Shown here: positions 26,959 through 40,900 of the stretch, one piece after another
Numbering within the stretch: position 1 is the stretch's first letter
Layout: each line of letters starts with the position of its first letter
Assembly (NCBI GenBank): GCA_035480055.1
Contig: DATIIB010000009.1
Span: forward strand, 85,068 to 149,067
DNA length: 64,000 bases
Source: Candidatus Saccharimonadales bacterium
GTDB taxonomy: Bacteria; Patescibacteriota; Saccharimonadia; Saccharimonadales; DASZAF01
Reading direction: 5' to 3'
Position numbers and translations under genes: made by a program
The notes under the pieces: model-generated
Told to the model about the DNA's origin: nothing
Database searches by the model: none
What the model saw: only the letters and a program-made list of their open reading frames with translations

Positions 26959-27561
26959 ATGAGCAGTACCGAAATTTTCTTAGCACTTGGACTTGGTGGT
27001 ACGGCGCTGGCTTGTGTACTGTGGGCACTTCGCTTGCGCCAAGAGTTACGGTTGCGCCCAACCGCCAAGCATTACACCATTCACTTGGATGGCACGAAGT
27101 TTTTTGCCGACATTGATGAAGCTGAGGTGCGACATTTGGTACACGACAAGCTGATGGCCTCGGCCGCGAAAGCCGCTGAACGATTTGAGCATGCCTTGAA
27201 CGAAGCAGTTCCAAAGCTACTCAGTAATGTCAGCGATATGAATGCCAAAGCGTTGGCGGCTGAGTTTGAAAAAAGCCAAGCTAGCCTTAAAAACCTTAAC
27301 AGCGAAATTCTGCAAGAGCACGCCGCCTTGCAACAAGAAGTCACCGCTCGCCGAACCGAGCTAATGGATGCGCTTGATAAAGAAATTGTGGCGCAATACC
27401 AGCAGCGCTTGGCTGACTTTGACCAACGGTTTAACGATGTGGTAAGTTCTTTTATTGTAGAAAGTTTTGGGCCAGATGTTGACCTCAGCGCACAAACCAA
27501 TTACATTTTGCAGCAGCTTGAGCAGCATAAAGAACAGATCAAACAGGACATCCAAGCATGA
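26959..27561 (+). CDS. Putative F-type ATPase peripheral-stalk subunit b-like protein
   Basis: It has one N-terminal TM helix followed by a ~165-aa predicted helical, coiled-coil-like region. It sits immediately upstream of the delta-like gene with a 4-nt overlap. The call rests on position and architecture only. Confidence 0.5.
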   Translation: MSSTEIFLALGLGGTALACVLWALRLRQELRLRPTAKHYTIHLDGTKFFADIDEAEVRHLVHDKLMASAAKAAERFEHALNEAVPKLLSNVSDMNAKALAAEFEKSQASLKNLNSEILQEHAALQQEVTARRTELMDALDKEIVAQYQQRLADFDQRFNDVVSSFIVESFGPDVDLSAQTNYILQQLEQHKEQIKQDIQA

Positions 27562-28049
27562 GCGGCACCACATTACCTGGTGAGCTGTATTCTCCTGAAC
27601 ACCTTGGGGTGGTCATTATTGAACTCCGCAACTTTATTGCCAGAATGAACGACCGCGAGGTGCGCAAAAAAGTTACAGGCGCCACGGGTGAAGCCATGCC
27701 GCCATTATCGCGCTTGGCCGAACGCCTTTTGCAGGCTAACGAGCTGACGCCCAGCAAGCTTGAGGGCATTGAGCAGCTGCTCAAAAAGCTCGAAGCCATT
27801 CGCACCGAAGCGCCCACGGTGCACATTGTGCTCGCCGAGCTGCCAGATGCTACTTTGCGCCAGCAGCTGGCTGATTGGTTTCGTACTCAGGCGGATTCGC
27901 ATACTTTGCTGACCTTCGCCATGCGCAGCGACATTGGCGGAGGATTGTTGTTGCAAAGCGGTTCGCACTTGTATGATTTTTCGTTCCGCACCCAACTTTT
28001 AGCCAACAAGCAACGGCTGGCGGAGATATTGACCCATGGCCGAAAATAA
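27558..28049 (+). CDS. atpH: F-type ATPase subunit delta (OSCP)-like
   Basis: The C-terminal signature ...MRSDIGGGLLLQSGSHLYDFSFRTQLLANKQRL resembles the OSCP motif (liGG..v..g....D.S....L). Its position lies between the b-like gene and alpha. Confidence 0.6.
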   Translation: MSGTTLPGELYSPEHLGVVIIELRNFIARMNDREVRKKVTGATGEAMPPLSRLAERLLQANELTPSKLEGIEQLLKKLEAIRTEAPTVHIVLAELPDATLRQQLADWFRTQADSHTLLTFAMRSDIGGGLLLQSGSHLYDFSFRTQLLANKQRLAEILTHGRK

Positions 28050-29465
28050 CACCTTTCACAAACTGGTCGCTGCGGGAAGTCCAACCGGTGAAGTGGTGGG
28101 TTTGGATCGGTTTTTGCTGACCGTTAAAGGGTTAGACGGCATCGCCATTGGGGGCATGGTGCTGTTTGAGACCGGCCAGCATGGCATTATCCGTGAAGTA
28201 AATACCGAGACTGCCTTGGTGCTGAACCTTGATGCCGAAACCACGCCGCTGGGAACGCTGGCAGTGCTCCAAGCCAATACGCCAACCACTGGCGTGGGCG
28301 TGCAGCTTATCGGTCGCGTTATTACACCCCTCTGTCAGCCACTCGATGGCAAAGGACCGGTGCGGCTCGATGGCACCTGGCCACTTTTTTATAAAGCGCC
28401 AGGCATTATGGAGCGCAGCATGCTCAACGAGCAACTTTCTTCTGGCGTCTCGATTGTTGATTCGCTCTTTCCGATCGTACTTGGGCAACGCATTGCGGTG
28501 CTGGGTGATACTAAATCGGGCAAGACGACCTTTTTAACGCAGTTGGGGATTCAACAACTCGGCACTGACCGCGTGGTGGTGTATGTGCTGGTGGGCAAAC
28601 GACGGGTGGAGATTGATCAATTGGTCACCACGCTGACGCAAACCGGGGCGATCGCACACAGTATTGTCATCGTGGCCAACATTTTTGACTCACTTGCCCA
28701 ATCGTACATCGCGCCGTACGTGGGTTGCGCGATTGCCGAGCATCTATGGTACGGCGGGCGCGATGTGGTGATCGTCTACGATGATCTTTCTAGCCACGCC
28801 AAGGTCTACCGCGAGATCTCACTTCTTAGCGAGACAAATCCTGGGCGCGATTCCTATCCAGGCGACATGTTCTTTGCGCATTCGTCATTGCTGGAACGCG
28901 CCGGCAAGCTCGCCAGTAATGGCAAAACGCTCACGGCGCTCCCCACGGTCGTGACGCCAGGCGATGACATTACCGCTTACTTGCCGACCAGCATTATGTC
29001 GATTACCGATGGGCAGATCATTTTTGATCTTGCCACCTTCCGCCAGAACATTCGCCCTGCAGTAAATACCGGATTGTCGGTATCGCGTGTGGGCGGACGG
29101 GTGCAATCGCCACGCCAAAAGCAGGTCGCGGGTGCGCTGTTTAAAAAACTGGCCGATTACCGGCAGGCCACGGAATTTGCGCACTTCGGTTCGGAAATGA
29201 CGTTGGAAACTCGCCAATCATTGCAGCTTGGCCGGCTGATTTACGAAGCTTTTCGCCAAACGCCAACCGAACTTTACAATGTCCTGGAGCAACAGTTACT
29301 GATCGAGGTGGTCCTGCTCAGCGCTGGCGCCCGCACTCTTAATATGCAGCTGCTGCGCCAACAGGTTCGCGAACTTGCCCCGGCAACCGCCAAGGCTACC
29401 AGCGACCAAAACGATGAAATCGTTGCCAAGTTGCTCGACAAAGTAACCATTGAGGTGCTGCCCAC

Positions 29466-29469
<4 letters not shown>
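28036..29469 (+). CDS. atpA: F-type ATPase subunit alpha (divergent, 477 aa)
   Basis: It has the Walker A motif GDTKSGKTT, YDDLSSHAKVYREISLL, PGDMFFAHSSLLERA and TDGQIIFD. Confidence 0.85.
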
Positions 29470-31883
<2,414 letters not shown>

Positions 31884-31900
31884 AAAGCGCCTAAAGAGAT

Positions 31901-31928
31901 TTGTTTTTTTAAGCATAATCGCTATACT
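31901..31928 (+). promoter_or_regulatory. Candidate promoter TTGTTT-16-TATACT upstream of the giant ORF
   Basis: -35-like and -10-like hexamers are present. A ~37-nt leader ends in an AAGAGG SD next to the GTG start. Confidence 0.35.
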
Positions 31929-31965
31929 AAAAGCGAGAGACTATCGCAAGATATACAACAAAGAG

Positions 31966-34900
31966 GTGGAAGACAATTTGCAAAATACTGGTAGTAATTC
32001 CGGTGGCAATCGTTTAAGTAACACGACGATTGGCTTTTCTGATACGCCCAATTCTGGGGTTCAATACCAGGCTCCTTTGGCTGCGCCACTTCCACCTGCT
32101 CCACCGCCACCCACGCAATCGTTAGAGGTACCGCCTGACAAGCCGGTTAAACCTCCTAGAGATCTACGAAAACTTATCAAACCTGTCGGAATCGGCTTAT
32201 TACTATTTGCCCTGCTTTTTGGCGGGCTCTTTGTGTTTATTACCATGAAACAGCACGCCCGAAAGGCCGCTGTTGCGAACCAGCAAACCGTTGATGCCGA
32301 TGCTCGCTTTAATCCCTTATCAATTTCGTTAAGCGACCTGGCCAAAGCTGGACAATTGGCGATCGACACCACGCCGACGCTGAGTATTAACGGCCAGCTG
32401 AAGGTCAACAACTCGCTGGTCATTTCGCCAACCGACAAGCCAAATGACGCCGTCGCCGGCCAGGTGTACTACGATAAAGGCGATAACAAGCTCGGCTATT
32501 ACAATGGTCACCAATTTGTGTTTATGGCCGACGGAAACCAAGTGGTACATAGCTTCGGCGGGGCAAATGGCGATATTACGCTGGGCAATAATCTTACGGT
32601 AACCAACGGTCAGTTGAATGTGACGCTGCCAACTGCGCAGTCGGTTCTTTCAGTGCAAGGCCAGACCGGCAATGTTTCATTCACCGGAAGCAGCGGCATT
32701 GCCGTAGATGGCACCACTCTAAGCAATACTGGTGTGCTAAATATTGGCGGGCTCACCGGCAGTGTTGGGCTAGGCAGTGGACTCACCGTGACAAACAATA
32801 CGCTCCAAAATAGCGGCATCATCAGCGCCGCCTCTGGCAGTCCAAACGTGACGGTCACCAATGACGGCAGCGGTAACATTACGATTAGCAGTGCGAGCGG
32901 TGGTGGCACAGTGAATAGTCCGGGCGGGACAGCTGGCAAGATCGCCAAATTTACTGGGGTGCAGACGATTGCCGATTCATTACTCTCCGAAAGCGGCAGC
33001 ACCGTAACCGTGGGCGGTAACCTGTCGGTCACCGGCGGACTAACGCTGGGGACGCTACTAAGTGTCGCTAATGGCGGCACCGGCGCGGCCAGTTTGGCGA
33101 ACAATGGCGTTTTGCTGGGCCAAGGCACAAGTCCAATCACCAGCGTCACGGCAGCTGGCAGCGGACTTTGTTTGGTTTCGACCGCGGGCGCGCCAACCTT
33201 CCAAGCTTGTCCAGGTGGCGGTGGCGTCACTTCTTTGGACGGTCTGAGCGGTGGCTTGACGCTCGCGAACAGTACGGGCGCAGGAACCACGATCACCATT
33301 AACGACGCAAGCACCAGCCAAAAGGGCATTGCCAGTTTCAACAGCACCAACTTCACGGCTAGCGGCGGGGCAATCAACACCATCCAAGATATTAGCGTCA
33401 GCGCCACGCCGACCTTCGGCAGATTGAATGTCACTTCCAGCCAAGCGACTAATCCAATGTTGCTGGTGAACAACACAAACGCCGGAGCGAGCGGTAACCT
33501 CCTGGATCTGCAAGTGAATGGCGCCAGTAAGTTCTACGTCACTCCAAGTGGTGGCCTGACACTGACCGGCGCAATTGATGGCCAGACAATATCCAGTAGT
33601 GCCACATTGACCGGCACCTTAACGGTCTCCGGGCCGTCTAACTTGAATGGTGGCGCGACTGTGATAGGCACGTTAACTGCGAACACCATTACGCCCACCA
33701 GCGCGCTGACAGTCGGTGCAACAAACCAGAGCTTCACTCTGCAGGGTAATAGCTCGAGCAGCATTACTGCAACCAATGGCGCCAACACCACAACCGTGGC
33801 TTTCCAGGCGCCCACCGCTAACGTCACCTACCGCTTTCTGACGGCAGCTGCGGGCACTTATGACATCTGCACCACGGCAGGCAACTGTACGGGCGCTGGC
33901 GGCGGTGTGAGCACCACAGGCGGCACCACGGGCACGATCCCGCTCTTTACGGGCAGCCAAACCATTGGCGATTCAGTACTGACTCAAAGTGGCACGACCG
34001 TCACGGTTGGCGGTACTTTGGCGGTCAACACCATCACGCCAACCTCCGCCCTTGTCGTTGGATCAGCTGGCCAGAACCTGACACTGCAAGGCGCAACTAC
34101 TACCGTGAGTTCAAGCGCCGGCGGCGTGACCAACAGTCTGGTTTTTGCCACACCGAGTGGCGGCAACAAGACGATCACCCTACCAAACGCCAGTGGCACA
34201 GTGGCGGTGAGCGCCACGGGCGCACTCAGCATTGATGCGAATGGCAACATCACCTGCCCGAGCTGTCTAACCAGCGCGGTCACCAGCCTCAACGGCCTCA
34301 CAGGCGCCTTAAATATTGCCAACGCCACTGCCAGTGCAAGTACGGTCACCATTAACGACGCATCGACCAGCCAAAAAGGTATCGCGCAGTTCAACAGCAC
34401 CAACTTCACGGCCAGTGGGGGAACGGTAAATACCGTGCAAAACATCAACGTGACTGCAACTCCAACTTTTGGAGATCTGACGCTCACCAGCAGTCAAGCG
34501 AGCAATCCAATGCTACTAGTGAACAACACCAACGCCGGCGCGAGCGGTAATCTACTGGATCTGCAGCTCAACGGACTTAGCAAACTGTCTGTCAGTCCGG
34601 GCGGCAATATGACTTTGGCTGGGACGATCAACGGCCAGACGATATCGAGTACCGCGAGCCTGACTGGTACCTTGGGGGTGGCCGGACTTGCCAGTTTGAA
34701 CGGTGGCGCAACGGTCACTGGGACGTTAACTGCCAACACTATCACTCCTACTGGCGCATTAACGGTTGGCGCAACCAACCAAAGTCTTCTTTTGCAAGGC
34801 AATAGCGCGACCAGCATTACCGCAACCAATGGTGCTAACACGACCACCTTCAATTTCCAGGCACCGACAGCCAACGTGACGTATCGCCTGCTGACCGCAG

Positions 34901-37900
34901 CGGCCGGCACCTATGATATTTGTACAAGCGTCGGCAACTGTGCTGGCACTGGCGGGGGAGTAACCACACCTGGAGGCACGGCTGGCAAGGTTGCCAAGTT
35001 CACCGCCAGCGGCGTGATCGGCGATTCAATCATTACCGACAATGGCAGTACGGTCACCATCGGCGGAACCTTAGCGGTCAATACGCTGACGCCGACCGGC
35101 GCTTTGACCGTTGGCGCAACTGGTCAGAATTTGACCTTGCAAGGCGCAACAACATCAGTCAGCGCGACTTCAGCCGGCATCACCAACACCTTAACGTTTG
35201 CCACCCCAAGCGGCAGCAACAAGACAATCACCATCCCCGATGCCAGTGGCACAGTGGCGGTCAGTGCCAGCGGGCCGATTCAAGTAGATGCCGCGGGTAA
35301 CATTACCTGTCCTAACTGTGTCACGACCAGCGGTGGTGGCGGACAGTCGGCTGTCGATAGCTTGAACGGCCTGACAGGCGCGCTGACACTCGCCAATGCC
35401 ACCGGCAGCGGCGGAACAGTCACCATCAACGATGCGAGCACCAGCCAAAAAGGTATCGCCCAGTTTAACAGCACCAACTTTACGGCGAGTGGCGGAACGG
35501 TCAACACCATTCAAGACATCAATACCACCGCAGCGCCAACTTTTGGTCGTCTGAATATCACTTCTAGCCAAGCCACTAACGACATGATCGCGGTCAACAA
35601 TACAAACGTCAGCGCGGCAGGTAATTTGCTCAAACTCCAATTGAATGGCGCTAATCGCTTTAGCGTCGATGCTGCAGGGAATGTGGTTGCGACAGGCACA
35701 CTGACCTCTGGCGCAATCAATGGCCAAACGATTTCAAACGCTGCAAGCCTGACCGGCACACTTGGTGTTGCTGGTTTAGCCAGTTTGAACGGCGGTGCGA
35801 CGGTCACTGGAACCTTGACTGCCAACACCATCACCTCCACCGCAGCCATGACGGTGGGCAATACGGGCCAAAATCTGACCCTGCAAGGTGCAGCCACAAC
35901 CATCACCTCTACCAGTGGTGCCAACACAACCACCTTGGCACTCCAAACTCCAACCGCCAACGTGACCTACCGACTACTGACCGCAGCAGCCGGCACCTAC
36001 GATATCTGTACCACCGTGGGAAACTGTGCAGGTGTGGGCGGGGGAGTGACGACGCCTGGCGGCACGGCAGGCAAGATCGCCAAGTTTACGGCCAGCGGCG
36101 TGATCGCCGATTCATTGCTTTCCGAAAGTGGTTCGACAATAACTGTGGCCGGGAACCTTAATTTAGTCACCGGCAATCAGTACCAGATCAATGGCACCCA
36201 GATCTCCTCGGCTGATCTTTCCAATGATGCCAATCTCGCCAAATTAAATGCCGCCCAAACCTTTACCGGCACCACCAATACTTTCAAAAACAGCAGCGAC
36301 TCGACCAGCGGCTTCACCATCCAAAACGCTGCGGGCCGCAATCTGCTGAATGCCAATACCTCCACCGGCGTCTTTACCTTTGGCAACATCACCAGCACGG
36401 CTGCTCAAGGCATTGCTGGCGCGTTGCAGTTGGCTGACGGGACCAATGATAACTTTGGTCTGACACTCAATACCACCACCTTAACCGGCAATCGAACCAT
36501 CAGCCTGCCAGATGCCGGTGGAACGGTGTGTCTGCAGAACTCAGCTTCATGTGGATTTGCAACGTCGTCGGGCTCAGGTAATTACATTCAGAATCAAATT
36601 GCGGCCGACCAAACCGCTAATTTCCGCATTACAGGTACCGGCCAAGCCAATACCTCATTACTGACGCCATTGCTCGACACTGCCACGGCGGTCGCCTTAA
36701 ATATCGGTACCAACAATGCCACAGTGATTAATCTTAATCAAAGCACCACAGTTGCTGCCAACAAGAACATTACATTTGCCGCGGGTGCAGGTAATTTTGA
36801 CCAATCAAACTCGACTGGGACATTCGCGACCGGGACAGGTCTGGTCAACCTCAATGGCAATACAACTGTAGCCAGCGGCAAGACCTTTACCGCCAACGGC
36901 GCTGCGCTTTTCCAAAGCAATGCCAACTCGGCCACTGCCTTCCAAGTGCAAAACGCTGCCGGGCGACACCTGCTGGCTGTTGATACATCGGGCAACAAAA
37001 CCACACTCGGCAATATCACCAGCACTGCAGGACAGGGGATTGCTGGCGCGTTGCAGTTGGCTGACGGGACCAATGATAACTTTGGCGCCACAATCAACAC
37101 CACCACGCTGACCGCTAACCGAACAATCATCGTTCCAGACGAATCTGGCACTCTCTGTTTACAAAGTTCTGGTTCATGTGGCTTTGCTGCCGCAACCGGC
37201 TCGGCCAACTACTTGCAGAACCAAAATAGCGTCGACCAAACGGCAAACTTCCGCATTACCGGCACCGGCCAGGCCAACACTTCACTCCTGACGCCACTAC
37301 TTGATACGGCCTCAGCAGTTGCGCTAAATATCGGGACAACGAACGCGACGGGCATCAACCTTAACCAGAGCACCAGCATTGCCGCCAACAAAAACCTCAG
37401 CTTTGCGGCTGGCGCAGGCAACTTTGACCAATCCAACTCGACCGGCACCTTTGCAACCGGCTCGGGCGCAGTCGGGCTAAACGGCAATGTGACCATTGCG
37501 GCAGGCAAAACGCTGACCTCCAACGGTACGGCTTTGTTCCAGAATAATGCAAACACCGCCACCGCCTTCCAAGTGCAGAATGCGGCCGGCCGGCAAATCT
37601 TAACGGTCGATACCTCTGGAAGCAAAACAACTTTTGGTAACATTACCAGCACGGCTGCGCAGGGGATTGCTGGCAACCTGGTATTGGCCGATGGCACAAA
37701 TGATAACTTTGGCCTGACCCTCAACACCACCACCTTGACCGCAAGCCGAACCATCACCTTCCCAGATGCGGCTGGCACGGTGTGTCTGCAAAGCTCGGCA
37801 GCATGTGGCTTTGCACTGTCATCCGGATCTGGCAATTACATCCAGAACCAAAGCGCCTCCGATCAAAGCGCTGATTTGCGCATTACCGGCACAGCCCGAG

Positions 37901-40900
37901 CCAACACTTCCGTACTGACCCCATTACTCGACACAGCCAGTGCCGCAGCACTCAACATCGGCACCACCAACGCCACGGCAATCAACTTGAACCAGAACAC
38001 CACCGTTGCCAGCGGCAAAACCTTTACCGCCAATGGGACGGCTCTGTTCAAACCAAATGCCGATTCAACCACCGCGTTCCAAATTCAGCCAGCAAGCATC
38101 AGCACCCCTGTATTTGACGTCAACACCACCAACCAGCGAGTGGGAATCAATACCAACGCACCAACCGAAGCTTTGGACGTAGTAGGAAACCTGCAAGTCA
38201 AAGACGCGGCCACAGCCACCAAAGCGTATCGGCTTCGTACTTCGGGCGGCGCGCTCGACCTTGAAGCTGGCGGCGCAAACTTGGTCCTGTCGGTATGGAG
38301 TGCCGCCGACTACACCGGGACACAGTACAGCCAATTCACGTTCCACAATGATGGATCGAGTATAGATGCCGGGCGCGGGATTATTGTTGGCGGTAACCTG
38401 GTCACGCACGGAACTGGACTCTTTAAGAACTCTTCGGACGGCGCAGGGGCGGTACAAGTCCAGAACGCGAGTGGTCTGAGTATTCTCTCCACCGATACCA
38501 GTACTGGAAAAACGACGCTGGGCAACATTACTAGTACTGCTGCCCAGGGAGTGGCAGGTGCGCTGGTACTCGCCGATGGCACCAACGACAACTTTGGTAT
38601 GACGCTGAACACCACCACCTTGACCGCCAACCGCACCATTAGCTTGCCTGATGCCGCCGGTACCATCTGTCTGCAGAATGCCACGGCGTGTGGATTTGCT
38701 GCTGCTAGCGGTTCAGCCAACTACATCCAAAACCAAAGCAGTGCTGACCAAACCGCTGATTTCCGCATCAGCGGCACTGCCAGGGCTAACACCTCGGTGG
38801 TTACTCCATTGCTCGATACAGCCTCAGGTGTTGCACTCAACATCGGCACCACCAACGCCACAGCCATCAACCTCAACAAAGCAACGGCGGTCACTGGGAA
38901 CTTATCGCAATCAGGCGGGACTATCACCCTTACCGGCAACAACACTTCGAGTGTCAGCACCACCACGGGCACCCTCACGCTACAAGGCGCAGGAGGCGTA
39001 ACCATTAACTCAACCAATGTTTCGGGAGCTTCTGGCGCAATCAGTTTGCAAAGCGGCAACTCGTCGGCAGGAACAGCGGGTAACGTCACCATTGATACCG
39101 GCACTACCTCCACTGGCACGCCAACGGTGAATGTGGGTGCCACCAATGCCAAAGCGGTGGCGGTGGGCAATACCGGCGGCACTGTCGCAATTCAAGGAAA
39201 CGGCACCTCAACAGCGGTGAGCATTCAATCAGCCGCTTCGGGCACGATTGCCATTGGAACGGCCAACGCCGCCAACACAATTCAGCTTGGCAACATTGCC
39301 AATGCCATCGCCCAGACCATCGGCATTGGCAACAACGCCACTGCCAGTTCAACCACCACGTTAGCAATGGGGAACTTACTCGGCACCAGCACAACGACAA
39401 TTCAAGGTGGCACTGGCGCCTCGGCGGTTGGCATTCAAGCTGGCACCAACGGCACAATCTCAATCGGAACCGCCAACGCCAATGCGGTTGTTATTGGCAA
39501 CACGGGTGCGACTGGTACAAACTCGATTACCGTTGGCCAATCAACTGCCAGCAACACGATCAACATCGGCAATGCGACTACCGCAACTGGTAACACGCAG
39601 ACGATTAACCTGGGTACCGCAGCAACCGGTACGGGCAAAGCAACAATCACCGTCGGCAACACCAACGGTGGGTCAGCCCTTAACTTGCAAGCCGGCACGG
39701 GCAACACCAATGTCCTCACCAACACCAGCGTCACCAGCTCGCCAATGTTCCTGCTCCAAAATGCAGGAGCTGGCGATGCAGGCCTAGAGGTAAAAACCGC
39801 CAACGCTGGCAGTAGCTACTACGTGGGAGTCGATGCCAGCAATGGTAACGCCTTTAACATCAACTCGTACACCGCGGCCACGCAAAACGGTACGGCGTAT
39901 GTATTCGGTCAGCAAACTCCTAACGCCTCGACTGACTCCAACGCGGGTGTCATCGAAACCTCGGACTTCACTACCAGTACCGCGGGCTCGATTTCGGCCA
40001 TTACCATGGACTTCAGTAACGTGGCCACGGTGGGCGATACTGTCTCAGTAGGGTTATATACTGATAGCGCTGGCTCTCCAGGTACACTCCTAGCTTCAAG
40101 CGGCACGCAAACCATCAATATTACCAGCGCTGGTGGACACAACTTAAATACCGTCAGTATTCCAACCACTGCTTTGAGCGCTACAACCAAATACTGGCTC
40201 GCCTTTAACACCAGCGGCCTCGACCCTTACTGGCAAGGAGCGAATAACTCTGGCCACTCAATTAAATACCTCACTCATGCCAACACCAGCTGGCCAGCTA
40301 GCTTTGGCACTCCAGGTGGAACCGACAGCAACACCGTCCTGACCGTGTATGGAACGGTAACCCCTAGCGGCTCGCTGACTGATACGTACACCAATTCACT
40401 CTTTAACTTAACTCAGGGCGGAGTTGCCACCTTCCGTAACGCGTCAAACTCCACTGGCGGATTCCAAGTACAGAACGCAAGCAGCGTGAACCAACTCGCC
40501 ATTGATACCACCAACTCACGCGTGATCTTAGGCACCAGCGATGGCGACACCACCGGAACATTGCTGGTCCTTGGCACCAAGACTACCAGCGGCGACCCTA
40601 CCGAAGTTGATGGCGCAATGTACTACAACAACGCCACTGAATCATTCCGTTGCGGCGTCAATGGAGCGTGGTACAGCTGTTTGGGCGGCATGCGCTATTC
40701 GCAAACGAGCCAAGGCAACCAGTCTGGGAACTTGCCACCTGCGAGTGATACGGTTGCAAACACTGTGACAGCCACAACATTTAACGATAAATATAGCGTA
40801 CCTGCAGGTGACTGTACGCCAGGACGCGTTTATCGCATAACTGCAGGTGGCGTCATCACCTTCCCAAGTACCTCGGGGTCACCAGCAAACGATATATCCG

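Noticed and set aside
32610-38720. Many minus-strand and off-frame ORFs of 60-290 aa lie inside the giant gene, for example 32610-33476, 36738-37208, 37209-37835 and 38310-38720.
   Set aside because: They mirror the repeat structure and low-complexity composition of the plus-strand ORF and translate to Pro/Val/Ala-rich nonsense. The 9.3-kb plus-strand frame is uninterrupted and internally consistent.
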